Shown: piece by piece, positions 1 to 10,663 of the stretch
Layout of the letters: every line of letters starts with the position of its first letter
Position numbering within the stretch: the first letter of the stretch is position 1
From: Deinococcus radiodurans R1 = ATCC 13939 = DSM 20539
Lineage (GTDB): Bacteria; Deinococcota; Deinococci; Deinococcales; Deinococcaceae
Reading direction: 5' to 3'
Assembly: GCF_000008565.1 (NCBI RefSeq)
Contig: NC_001263.1
Location: 52,693 to 84,692, forward strand
DNA length: 32,000 bases
Made by a program: the position numbers and the translations under genes
The notes under the pieces: generated by a model
What the model saw: the letters and a program-made list of their open reading frames with translations, nothing else
What the model was told of the DNA's origin: nothing
Database searches by the model: none

Positions 1-2387
<2,387 letters not shown>

Positions 2388-2459
2388 CTCACTTACACTC
2401 TGACAGTGTTTACCTCACGGTGACGGGAGAGGGAGGACGCGTGCCAGACTGTCCGCAGC

Positions 2460-2888
2460 GTGCCGACTTCCGAACCGCCCAGCGACCTCGCCCTGGCCTG
2501 GCTGCTCGAACTTTTCGAGTATCAGGTCGGCGATCTGCTGGCCGGACGCGAGCCGCGCGGCGGCGAACGCAGCGTCCGCGAACTGCGTGGGCACCTGCGG
2601 CAAAGCGCCTGTCCGCCCCCGCTGCGCCGCCGGCTCATTCAGGCCGACCGTCAGTACAGCGCGTGGTGGCAGGCCCGGTCTCAGGCACAGGCAGGGGCGC
2701 CGCACCACCCCCCCGCTCCCGACTGGTCCGCCCCGGCCACCCACAACGCCGAGGAAGCCGCCGCCTGGGCCGAGCTGCGGCAACTCGCCTGGCACGCCGA
2801 CCTGATGGCCGAACTGCACGCCGTGGACCCAGCGGCTGCGCCAGGAGCCCGGGCAGCCCACCCTGCGCGTGCTGTACGCGGTGACTGA
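2460..2888 (+). CDS. Hypothetical protein (may be the 5' part of the next ORF)
   Basis: GTG start, G/C-rich third positions and protein-like composition (DLALAWLLELFEYQVGDLLAG..., AAWAELRQLAWHADLMAELHAV). Overlaps ORF 2869-4317 by 20 nt in another frame. No domain recognised. Confidence 0.5.
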   Translation: MPTSEPPSDLALAWLLELFEYQVGDLLAGREPRGGERSVRELRGHLRQSACPPPLRRRLIQADRQYSAWWQARSQAQAGAPHHPPAPDWSAPATHNAEEAAAWAELRQLAWHADLMAELHAVDPAAAPGARAAHPARAVRGD

Positions 2889-4317
2889 GAACGCCGAGCG
2901 GGCGCAGCGCCGCCTGCCCACGCCTTTTCCGGTGCCGGGGGCGGGCGACGTGCTGGTGTCGCTGGGCAACAGCGAGGTGGTGCGGCAACTCGCCCGCACG
3001 CTGGGCGACCTGTTGCTGCTTCCCGGCGGGGCAGCGCAGGTGTGGCAAGCGCTCGACCGGGTGGAGGACGACCCTTTTCCCCCGCAGCCCGGCGACGACG
3101 CCCTGTTCGCGCAGCTCGCGGCCATCCGGCAGCGCGGCGGCAGCCCCCATGAGCGCGCGCAGTTGGAAGAAGTGCTGCGGGCGGGTGCCGGGCCGCAGTC
3201 CGCGCTGCGGGCCGACCCGCGTGAGCGTCCGCTGCTGCGGGAGGCGGCGCAGCGCATCCGGCGCTGGCTGGCGCGGCGGCTCGCGCGGGCGCCTGGGCAG
3301 CTCCCGGGAACGGTGCCGGCCCACTCGGTGCTCTACGCCCAGGAAGAGGCCAGCGCCCTGAGCGCCCCCGCAGCGGGCGACGGCCTGACGCTGCACCTCG
3401 GTGGACCGGACCGCCTGGCGCACTGGCAGGGCCTGCGGCTGTCGTGGCGCTCGCTCGGCCCCAACTGGCAACTGCTGGTGCAGGATGAAACGAGTCAGCC
3501 GGTCAGCGGCGGGCAACTCGCGCTGCTGCGGCCCGACCTGCCCGCCAGCGAGCGCCAGCTGTTTCTGACGGTGGGCGGCCAGCAACTCCAGGTGCTGTTC
3601 AGCGGCGACTACGTGCTGTTGCGGCGCCGGGCCGACGCGGCGCAGACCCGGCACCTCGCCCGGCTGGCCGCGCTGGGCCGCGCCTGCGCCCTGCTGCTGC
3701 TGCCTGCCGAGCAGCATGGCCGCCTGCGGCTGGCCCGCACCCTGGCCCGGCGTCTGCGTGGAGACCCGCCGCGTGCCGATGACCCCGCTTCCGGTCAAGT
3801 CGCCTTCGCTCAAACGCCCGCCGAGTGCCTGGCCGCCGCCCGGCGCAGCTTGCAACGGCTGGAGCCTTTGCTGGGGCGCTTTTCTCCGGCGCAGGTCGCG
3901 CACGAGGCGCAGGTCGCCCAGGCCCTCTTACACTTGCCGCCGCACTACGCCGCGCAGGTGCAGCAGGCCGCCGAGCACGCCGCTTCCGCTGCCGAGCCTC
4001 TGCGCGAAGCTGCCACCGACCCACTTGTCGGGCGGGAGGCCGGCCCCCCCGTCCTGCCCGCCACCGGCCACTTCATCGTCTTTCCCCTGGGCCCCGACCC
4101 GCTGGAGGTGCGGCTGCCCGGCGACCGCCTGCTCACCCTGCGCCCCGACTACCGCGCCGAACTCGTGGCGGTGCTGCCCGGTCAGGCGGCGGTGACGGTG
4201 GGCGACCTGCTGGTGCTGCCGCTGCACGACCTGAGCGTGGTCATCGCGCGAGAAGGGTCGCAGGTCGCGCTGTGTGCGCTGTTGCCGAGAATGCTGGAAG
4301 CGGCGGCGCAGGCCTAA
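2869..4317 (+). CDS. Hypothetical protein, no recognisable domain
   Basis: 482-codon ORF with strong GC3 bias and balanced composition. The antisense ORF 2635-3903 is Arg/Pro/Gln-rich shadow. Followed by an intrinsic terminator. First in-frame start is GTG 2869, but the frame is open from 2806. Confidence 0.7.
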   Translation: MLYAVTENAERAQRRLPTPFPVPGAGDVLVSLGNSEVVRQLARTLGDLLLLPGGAAQVWQALDRVEDDPFPPQPGDDALFAQLAAIRQRGGSPHERAQLEEVLRAGAGPQSALRADPRERPLLREAAQRIRRWLARRLARAPGQLPGTVPAHSVLYAQEEASALSAPAAGDGLTLHLGGPDRLAHWQGLRLSWRSLGPNWQLLVQDETSQPVSGGQLALLRPDLPASERQLFLTVGGQQLQVLFSGDYVLLRRRADAAQTRHLARLAALGRACALLLLPAEQHGRLRLARTLARRLRGDPPRADDPASGQVAFAQTPAECLAAARRSLQRLEPLLGRFSPAQVAHEAQVAQALLHLPPHYAAQVQQAAEHAASAAEPLREAATDPLVGREAGPPVLPATGHFIVFPLGPDPLEVRLPGDRLLTLRPDYRAELVAVLPGQAAVTVGDLLVLPLHDLSVVIAREGSQVALCALLPRMLEAAAQA

Positions 4318-4343
4318 CCGCAACAAAGGCCAGAGAGTCCATC

Positions 4344-4384
4344 AAAAAACCGGCCTCCTTCTTACTGGAGACCGGCTCTTTTTG
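4344..4384. terminator. Bidirectional intrinsic terminator between gene 2869-4317 (+) and tRNA-Gln (-)
   Basis: AAAAAA-CCGGCCTCC(4350-4358)-ttcttact-GGAGACCGG(4367-4375)-CTCTTTTT. 9-bp stem with one C/A mismatch. The A-run on one side and T-run on the other allow it to work on either strand. Confidence 0.65.
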
Positions 4385-4388
4385 CTGC

Positions 4389-4462
4389 TGGCAGGGATAC
4401 AAGGATTCGAACCTAGACAAACAGAACCAAAATCTGTTGTGCTACCATTACACCATATCCCT
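4389..4462 (-). tRNA. tRNA-Gln (anticodon UUG), CCA encoded
   Basis: Reverse complement AGGGATA-TG-GTGT-AATGGTA-GCAC-A-ACAGA-TTTTGGT-TCTGT-TTGT-CTAGG-TTCGAAT-CCTTG-TATCCCT-G-CCA folds as a 74-nt cloverleaf. Anticodon loop is TT-TTG-GT. One T/T mismatch in the T stem. Confidence 0.9.
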
Positions 4463-4482
4463 TCACAGGCAAAGCGAAGAAC

Positions 4483-4512
4483 ATTTTAGCGGGCCGGGGC
4501 GGTCAGCGTCAA
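4483..4512 (-). promoter_or_regulatory. Sigma-70-type promoter for tRNA-Gln
   Basis: Minus strand reads TTGACG (4507-4512) - 18 nt - TAAAAT (4483-4488). This places a start site about 14 nt upstream of the mature tRNA 5' end. Confidence 0.5.
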
Positions 4513-4538
4513 GCTCCCCAGGCAGTGAACTCCGTTCG

Positions 4539-5525
4539 TCAGCCTTCGCGGTCGTCGGGCACTTGCAAGAGCGCCGCGCTCGGCACGGTCAGGCGCAGCT
4601 CGTCGCCGCTGGCCGCCGCTGCCTCACGGGGGCTGAGGGACAGGGTGAGTGGCCCCAGCGGGTGCGCCAGCGTGACCGTTTCGCCCGTCTCGCTGCGCTG
4701 TCTGGAGAGCACCCTCAGAAGCTCGCCCCCGGCACCCAGTTGCACGGCGCTCTCAGGAACGAGCAGGGCCTGACCGCTGACCTGCGGATGCGCGAAAACG
4801 TTGGTCCAGCCCAGAAACTCGGCCACCCACGCCGTTGCGGGCCGGGCGAAGAGGTCCGCTGCCGCGCCTTCCTGCACCACGTGCCCGGCACGCATCACCG
4901 CGACCCGGTGGGCCAGCGCCAACGCCTCGCGCTGGTCGTGGGTGACGAGCAGCACCCCCGCGCCGAGTTGCCCGAACAGCCCGCGCAGGTCGTGCCTCAG
5001 TTCCGAGCGCAGTTTCTCGTCGAGGTTGCTCAGCGGTTCGTCGAGCAGCAGCAGCGGCGAGCGGGTCGCCAGAGCGCGGGCCAGCGCCACCCGCTGCTGT
5101 TGCCCGCCCGAAAGTTGCGCGGGCAGGCGGCGCTCGTGCTCGCTCAGGCCGACCAGCGCCAGCGCCTCACGCGCCTGCTGCGCGGCGTCCGGGCGACTTG
5201 ACCCTCGCCGGCGCGGTCCATACGCCACGTTGTCGAGCACGCTCAGGTGCGGAAACAGCGCGTAGTCCTGAAACACCAGCCCGAGGTGCCGGGCTTCCGG
5301 CGGCAGCGCCGTCACGTCCCGCCCGCCGACCAGCACCTGCCCGGCGTCGGGGCGTTCCAGGCCCGCCACACTCCGCAGCACGGTGCTTTTGCCGCAGCCC
5401 GACGGTCCCAGCAGCGCCAATGTTTCCCCGGCCTGCACTTCCAACGACACGTCCCCCACCGCCTGCACCGCGCCGAACGCCTTGCTCAAACCACGCAGGG
5501 AGAGGGCGGGCGCGGCGGCGGTCAT
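4539..5525 (-). CDS. ABC transporter ATP-binding protein (CysA/PotA/FbpC-type importer ATPase with C-terminal TOBE-like extension)
   Basis: Walker A GPSGCGKST, Q-loop, signature LSGGQQQRVALARAL, Walker B LLLLDEPLS, H-loop VTHDQ. No permease or binding-protein gene is adjacent. TACAGT (5533-5538) lies 7 nt upstream of the ATG. Confidence 0.9.
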   Translation of the reverse strand: MTAAAPALSLRGLSKAFGAVQAVGDVSLEVQAGETLALLGPSGCGKSTVLRSVAGLERPDAGQVLVGGRDVTALPPEARHLGLVFQDYALFPHLSVLDNVAYGPRRRGSSRPDAAQQAREALALVGLSEHERRLPAQLSGGQQQRVALARALATRSPLLLLDEPLSNLDEKLRSELRHDLRGLFGQLGAGVLLVTHDQREALALAHRVAVMRAGHVVQEGAAADLFARPATAWVAEFLGWTNVFAHPQVSGQALLVPESAVQLGAGGELLRVLSRQRSETGETVTLAHPLGPLTLSLSPREAAAASGDELRLTVPSAALLQVPDDREG

Positions 5526-5579
5526 GCCCAGAACTGTACCCCGGATGAATGGGTCCCCACACGCCTTGACCAGAGGGAA

Positions 5580-6461
5580 TTACAGCGGCTCGGCCACCAC
5601 GCCCGTCGCCCGGGGGCCGGTGACTGCCAGCAGGTGATTGCCGATGCTGCGGGTGCCGGCGTCCTCGTAGGTCAGCCCGCTGGCACTCAGCAGCGTGCGC
5701 AGTCGCTCGGCGCCCTCCTCACCGCCGGGCGAGTGGAGAAAGGCGACGCGGGCGCCCTCCGGCAGCGTCTCGGTCACGAATTTCGTCACGCTGCGGGCGA
5801 GCTGCCGCATTGCCGCCTCATGATCCGGCGCGCGGGCGGTAAGTTCGACCAGTCCGTGGTGATAACGGAAAATCGGCTGCACGTCGTGGCTGCGTTCCAG
5901 CGGCGCGGTGACCGGCGTAATGCGCCCGCTGAGGTGCATGAAGCGCACGTCGCTCACCGTGAAATGCATCAGTTGCCGCGCTTGCACCGCGCGCAGGGCG
6001 CTGACGATGGCGGCGGCGTTGTGGCCCCCCGCCGCCAGCCGCGCGGCGCGCAACGCCTGCAACCCCAGCGCGTAGCTCCCCGCCGGGCTGTCGAGCACCC
6101 GCACCCGTGAGCCGAAAGCGCGGGCGGCCTCCTGTCCGCAGGCGAAAGACACCGACAGCCGCGACGAGAGGTGCAGGCTCAGCACCTCGTCCGACTGCGC
6201 GAGCGCCTGACGGAAGACCTGCTCGTAGGCGTCCACACTCGGCGGCTCGATGACCGGCGCGGCCCCCTGCGCCTCAATGAGCGCGAGCAGCCGCTCGGGG
6301 CTCAGCTCAGTGCTCGAATAACTCTGCCCCCCCACCCGCACCACCGACGCGAGTTGCCACACGCCGCTGCGCGCGAGGTCCGCCTCCGAGAGGTCGGCAG
6401 TCGCGTCGACAATCACCTTTAGAGAAGGCGGTGGGGCGGCGGCTCGGCGGCGCAGGAGCAT
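5580..6461 (-). CDS. DegV family (fatty-acid-binding) protein
   Basis: Family-typical pattern: KVIVDATADL near the N-terminus, VLSLHLSSRLS, RVLDSPAGSYALG, about 280 aa. GGAGAA lies 4-5 nt upstream of ATG 6461. Confidence 0.8.
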   Translation of the reverse strand: MLLRRRAAAPPPSLKVIVDATADLSEADLARSGVWQLASVVRVGGQSYSSTELSPERLLALIEAQGAAPVIEPPSVDAYEQVFRQALAQSDEVLSLHLSSRLSVSFACGQEAARAFGSRVRVLDSPAGSYALGLQALRAARLAAGGHNAAAIVSALRAVQARQLMHFTVSDVRFMHLSGRITPVTAPLERSHDVQPIFRYHHGLVELTARAPDHEAAMRQLARSVTKFVTETLPEGARVAFLHSPGGEEGAERLRTLLSASGLTYEDAGTRSIGNHLLAVTGPRATGVVAEPL

Positions 6462-6550
6462 GGGCTTCTCCAGGGGCGGGTCGGCAGGAACAAGTCAGGA
6501 GGAGGGCGCCGGGTTCCGGGGGTGGGCCGGGGTTTTAGCTCGCGATGGTG

Positions 6551-7741
6551 TTAGTTCGCGCCCACCCCGCGCTCGGCCTCGGGGTTGGCGGCGAGGCGGC
6601 CCAGCGCTGCGTCCACGTCGGGGTAGGACAGAATCTCGAAGCGGCTGTTGCGAATGGCGGGAGTAAAGCCCGCGTCCACCGCGATGCGAATCAGTTCGCG
6701 CACGGTCGCCGCGTGCCGGTCGTGGCCCGCCGCCGCCGAAACCACGTTTTCTTCGAGCATGGTCGAGCCGAGGTCGTTGGCGCCGTAGTACAGCGCGGCC
6801 TGCCCGACTTTGAACCCCTGCGCGGGCCACGACGCCTGCAAGTTGGGCAGGTTGTCGAGCGCGATGCGGGCGACGGCGAGCTGCTGCAAATACTCGTGCG
6901 CGGTGGCGCCGGGGGCCTTGCCGTGCAGGCGGGTGTGCTCGGTTTGCAGCGTCCACAGCGCGAAGCCGAAAAAGCCGTTGCCGCCGTACTCGCGCTGCGC
7001 TTTGTCCTGCTGGGCGCGAATCTTGAGCAGGTGGCTCACGCGCTGGGCGTAGGTTTCACCGAAGCCGATGACCATCGTTGCAATGGTGTAGAGCCCCTTG
7101 CGCTGCGCCGCGTCGATGATGCGGAACCAGTCGCCCGAGCGGATGCGGGCGGGCGCGGCCTTTTGCCGCACGTCGTCTTCCAGAATCTCGCCGCCCGCGC
7201 CGGGCAGCCCGTCGAGCCCCGCGTCCATCAGGGTGTCGAGCAGGTCGTCGAGGCTCAGCCCGAACGACTTTTCCATGAACAGCACTTCTTCGGGCGAAAA
7301 CGCGTCGATCTGAATGGTCGGGTGATGCGCTTTGACGTGCCGCAGCATCCCGGTGTAGTAGTCGAGCCCGAGTTCGGGGTTCACGCCGCCTTGCAGCAGG
7401 ATGCGGGTGCCCCCCACCGCTTCGAGTTCCCGAATCTTGGCCGAAATCTGCTCGTAATCCAGCGTGTAGCTGTCGCTCTGGCGCCGGGTGCGGTAAAAGG
7501 CGCAGAAGTTGCAGCCCACGTTGCAGATATTGGTGTAGTTGATGTTGCGGTCAATCAGGAAGCTGACCACGTCCGGGTCGCGCCGCTGCATCCGCAGGTC
7601 GTGGGCGACGGCAGCCACCGCCGGGAGCGGCAGGTGATACAGGCTCTCGAGTTCGTCGGCGCCGAGGCGCTCGCCCTGCGCTGCCCGGTCCAGCGCCAGT
7701 TGACCGAGTTCGGGGGAAAGGGGCGGAAAGGCAGCCGTCAT
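6551..7741 (-). CDS. Radical SAM enzyme of the futalosine-pathway MqnC/MqnE (CofH-like) family (menaquinone biosynthesis)
   Basis: CNVGCNFCAF (CxxxCxxC) cluster motif after NINYTNI, then GGTRILLQGG. About 395 aa with the CofH/MqnC/MqnE-type C-terminal half (LQASWPAQG..., GANDLGSTMLEENVV). I cannot separate MqnC from MqnE by eye. Confidence 0.8.
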   Translation of the reverse strand: MTAAFPPLSPELGQLALDRAAQGERLGADELESLYHLPLPAVAAVAHDLRMQRRDPDVVSFLIDRNINYTNICNVGCNFCAFYRTRRQSDSYTLDYEQISAKIRELEAVGGTRILLQGGVNPELGLDYYTGMLRHVKAHHPTIQIDAFSPEEVLFMEKSFGLSLDDLLDTLMDAGLDGLPGAGGEILEDDVRQKAAPARIRSGDWFRIIDAAQRKGLYTIATMVIGFGETYAQRVSHLLKIRAQQDKAQREYGGNGFFGFALWTLQTEHTRLHGKAPGATAHEYLQQLAVARIALDNLPNLQASWPAQGFKVGQAALYYGANDLGSTMLEENVVSAAAGHDRHAATVRELIRIAVDAGFTPAIRNSRFEILSYPDVDAALGRLAANPEAERGVGAN

Positions 7742-7875
7742 GCGGCGAGGGTAGCACCGGGGGCCAGCGGCATTTGTGGAGTGTCGGTCAAAGGCGCGGG
7801 CCAGTCCGGCGGGTCCCGGCAGGCAAACCCGTCTCAGTTCCCCTTTGCTCGCGTGGGCCGCCCTACACTGTCCTG

Positions 7876-10494
7876 ATGCTGCCCGCCCGCTCCCCCTACG
7901 CCCGCCTGGAACTGTTTTTGCGGGACATCCTGGGGGCGGGGGCCACGCTGCTGCACGAGGAAGAAGTGCGCGAGGCGCAGACGGTGAGTGCGGCGAGCCT
8001 CGGCTGGTCGCAGGCCGTGCAGCGCGGCTTCGGCTTTTCCGAAGTCTACGCCCACCAGGCCGACACCTACCGGCTGATGCACGCGGGCAAAAACGTCATC
8101 ATCACCACGCCGACGGCGAGCGGCAAGACGGGCGCCTTTTTCCCCGCAGTGTTCGAGCGGCTGGAGCAAAAGCCCGAGGCCACCGCCCTGTTCGTCTATC
8201 CCCTCGTGGCGCTCGGGCAGGACCAGCGCGACAAACTGCGGGCCTTCCGGGAAAAGGGTGGCTTCGGCTGGGACATCGCCGCCTTTCATGGCTCGGCGCA
8301 ACCGGGCGACGTATTTACCGGCAACGTGCGGATGGTGACCGCCACGCCCGACAAGCTCCACTGGGCGCTCGACAAGCCCGCCGTACGCGACTTTCTGCGG
8401 CGGCTGGAATTTATCGTGCTCGACGAGGCGCACACCTACCGGGGCGGCTTCGGCTCGGAGGTGGCGGGGATGCTGCGGCGCCTCCTTGACCTCGCGCGCG
8501 CACTAGGGGCGAACCCGCAGGTCGTGCTGTCCACCGCCACCATCGGCAACCCCGCCGAATTTGCCCGCGAACTCGTGGGGGTGGAGGCCGAGCAGGTCGG
8601 CGAGTCGGGCGCGGCGCGGCACGGCAAGCGCTATTACCTCGCCGACCACCGGGGGCAGCCCCGCCGCTTCTGGGACAGCGTGGTGAGCGCCAGCATTCAT
8701 CACGACCTCAAGGTGCTCGCCTTTTTCCGGGGCCGCTCACGGGCGGCGCGGCTGTACTCCACCTACCGCTCGCAGTCGCGCTACGCCCCGCACGTTCACC
8801 TCTATATGGCCGGCACGAGTGACCGCGAGGGGCGCCTCAGCGAGTTTCGCCGAACGAAAAGTGGTGTGATGTTCGCCACCAACGCGCTCGAAGCCGGGGT
8901 GGACATCGGCGACCTCGAGGTGGTCATCATCGACGGCTACCCCGGCTCGCGCATGGCCTTCCGGCAGATGGCGGGGCGGGCGGGCCGCGTGGCGCCGGGG
9001 CTGGTGCTCTACCTCCCGGCGCTGAACGAACAGGGCGTGCCGCAGCCGGTAGACGCCTTTTATTCCAACCTCGGCAACTTCCGCGAACTGCTCACCGGGC
9101 CGCTGGAAAAGGCGGTGGTGGAGGCGGGCAACCCCTACCTGTCCCCCCGCCATCAAGCGCGGCGCAACGCCGAATTCCGTGCGGCGGGATTGCCCGCGCT
9201 GCCGCGGCCGGGGCCGAGCTACTGGAACCTGCGCGGCGAGGGGAGCGCGACCTTCGCCGTCATTGAGGAAAAAGACTGGCAGGAGCGCGGGCTGCGGGCC
9301 TTCGACGCGCCGCTCGAATCGCCGAGCCAGCACTACGCCCTGACCGAGAAGCACGAGGGTGCGGTGTTCACGCTTGACGGTCAGGGCTACAAGGTGCTGC
9401 GCTGGGAGGACACAGCGCGCGGGACGGCCATCATCGTGGAGAAGCATCTGGCGGCGGACCTTTTCACGCGGGGGCTGTATTCCACCCAGGTCCGCCCGGT
9501 GAAAATGGGCGAGTGGGTGCGGCGCGGGCCGCTCGCCTACCGGCACGGCGAAGTCGTGGTGCAGCGCATCTATACCGGCTACACGGTGATGCGGCAGGTC
9601 TTCGAGCGCGTCTGCACCGGCTGCGACCGCGACCCGGCCCCCTTAGAGCGGGTGTGCGCGAACTGCGGCGGGCGCATTCAGGACCGGATGCAGGACCAGA
9701 AACTCGCTGAGCAGCTCTACGACGACCCCATCGAGCTGCCGCCCTTTCGCACCTCGGCGCTGGAAGTCGGCATTGACCCGGCCCGCACCGAGCGGCCCAC
9801 CGCCGTGGCGCACACGCTCAAGCACCTGCTGATGAAACTCATCCCCGAGCGGGTGGCCTGCGACGAGGGCGACCTCGCCGGGGCCTTTCGCGAGGGCCAC
9901 GACGCTTATTTCTTCCTTTACGACGACTGGCGCGGCGGGCTGGGCGTCTCGCGCCGCGCCTTTGAGCAGATGGACGACCTGCTGCGGCGGGCGCACGTGC
10001 TGGCGACCAAAACGTGCTGCACGTCTCCGCACGGCTGCTTTGAGTGCATCGCGGTCAGCCGCTGTTTTTCACCCCTGCTCCCGAGCGGCGAGCGGCGCCC
10101 CACCGACAAGCAGGCGACGGCGCTGTTCTTGCAGGAGCTGCTCGGCCTGCAACCCGCCCCCGCCGAGGCCGAGGTCATCCCCGACGTGGCGCCCGCCCTG
10201 CCCGGCGACTGGCCGCAGCAAGCGCGCGAACTGCTGGACCTGCACGGCCTTTCACTTCCCGAGGTCAGCGCCCGCCTCGGCATTCCCAGCCGCGAGTTGC
10301 AGCGGGCGGTCAACACAACGGCGCCCCTGCGCCTCGCCCACGCCAAATTCGGCGAAGGCATCCTGACCCAGGGCTCGGGCAGCGGCGACGCCCGCGAGGT
10401 GCTGGTGTACTTTCCGGGCCACGGCTACAAGCGCCTGCTCGTCAAATACGCCGGGCTGAGCGTGGTGCAGGGGCAGGCGGCGGGACGACGGTAG
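7876..10494 (+). CDS. Superfamily-2 DEAH-box helicase of the MrfA/YprA/SftH type (DUF1998/Zn-binding C-terminal domain) with an extra UvrD/PcrA-like C-terminal tail
   Basis: Motif I TPTASGKTGAF, motif II VLDEAHTY, STATIGNP, and motif VI-like QMAGRAGR. Cys clusters CTGC-x10-CANC (9613-9666) and CC-x5-CFEC-x5-C (10015-10065). Tail is LRLAHAKFGEGILTQGSGSGDAREVLVYFPGHGYKRLLVKYAGLSVV (10321-10467). I prefer ATG 7876 (MLPARSPY...) to the track start 7774. TACACT (7864-7869) ends 6 nt before that ATG. Confidence 0.9.
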   Translation: MLPARSPYARLELFLRDILGAGATLLHEEEVREAQTVSAASLGWSQAVQRGFGFSEVYAHQADTYRLMHAGKNVIITTPTASGKTGAFFPAVFERLEQKPEATALFVYPLVALGQDQRDKLRAFREKGGFGWDIAAFHGSAQPGDVFTGNVRMVTATPDKLHWALDKPAVRDFLRRLEFIVLDEAHTYRGGFGSEVAGMLRRLLDLARALGANPQVVLSTATIGNPAEFARELVGVEAEQVGESGAARHGKRYYLADHRGQPRRFWDSVVSASIHHDLKVLAFFRGRSRAARLYSTYRSQSRYAPHVHLYMAGTSDREGRLSEFRRTKSGVMFATNALEAGVDIGDLEVVIIDGYPGSRMAFRQMAGRAGRVAPGLVLYLPALNEQGVPQPVDAFYSNLGNFRELLTGPLEKAVVEAGNPYLSPRHQARRNAEFRAAGLPALPRPGPSYWNLRGEGSATFAVIEEKDWQERGLRAFDAPLESPSQHYALTEKHEGAVFTLDGQGYKVLRWEDTARGTAIIVEKHLAADLFTRGLYSTQVRPVKMGEWVRRGPLAYRHGEVVVQRIYTGYTVMRQVFERVCTGCDRDPAPLERVCANCGGRIQDRMQDQKLAEQLYDDPIELPPFRTSALEVGIDPARTERPTAVAHTLKHLLMKLIPERVACDEGDLAGAFREGHDAYFFLYDDWRGGLGVSRRAFEQMDDLLRRAHVLATKTCCTSPHGCFECIAVSRCFSPLLPSGERRPTDKQATALFLQELLGLQPAPAEAEVIPDVAPALPGDWPQQARELLDLHGLSLPEVSARLGIPSRELQRAVNTTAPLRLAHAKFGEGILTQGSGSGDAREVLVYFPGHGYKRLLVKYAGLSVVQGQAAGRR

Positions 10495-10530
10495 AAATCT
10501 TGCGAGCATCCTTTATAAGGACGCTCCGTG

Positions 10531-10654
10531 GACGCCCCCTCACCCTTCCGCCGCGTTGCGGCTCCCTCCCTCTCCCGCCAGGGGCGAGGGACAACAGCGC
10601 AGTTTGACCCTCTACCAGGGGGAGAGGGCCTGCCGAAGGCAGGGGTGAGGGGTC
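10531..10654. repeat. Deinococcus-type small noncoding repeat (SNR/MITE-like), full copy
   Basis: Intergenic, about 124 bp, bounded by the inverted termini CCCCTCACCC ... GGGTGAGGGG. Internal hairpin modules are CCCTCTCCCGCCAGGGGCGAGGG and CCCTCTACCAGGGGGAGAGGG. Its right half recurs, inverted, at 14007-14057. Confidence 0.7.
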
Positions 10655-10663
10655 ATAACTCCC

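Noticed and set aside
2635-3903. 422-aa minus-strand ORF, plus the plus-strand ORF 3825-5201
   Set aside because: Both are Arg/Pro/Gln/Gly-rich with no motifs. The first is antisense to the better-behaved 2869-4317 frame. The second runs across a terminator, a tRNA gene and the ABC ATPase gene.
6545-7876. 443-aa plus-strand ORF
   Set aside because: It is antisense to the radical-SAM Mqn gene. It has no motifs and shadow-frame composition. It would also run through the helicase promoter region.
7876-10494. DUF1998-type helicase as part of a DISARM- or Druantia-like anti-phage system
   Set aside because: None of the required partners are adjacent (separate DUF1998 protein, PLD nuclease, methyltransferase, very large DruE-size protein). 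Size and motifs fit the housekeeping MrfA/YprA/SftH repair-helicase clade. The flanking genes are a menaquinone enzyme and an APH kinase.
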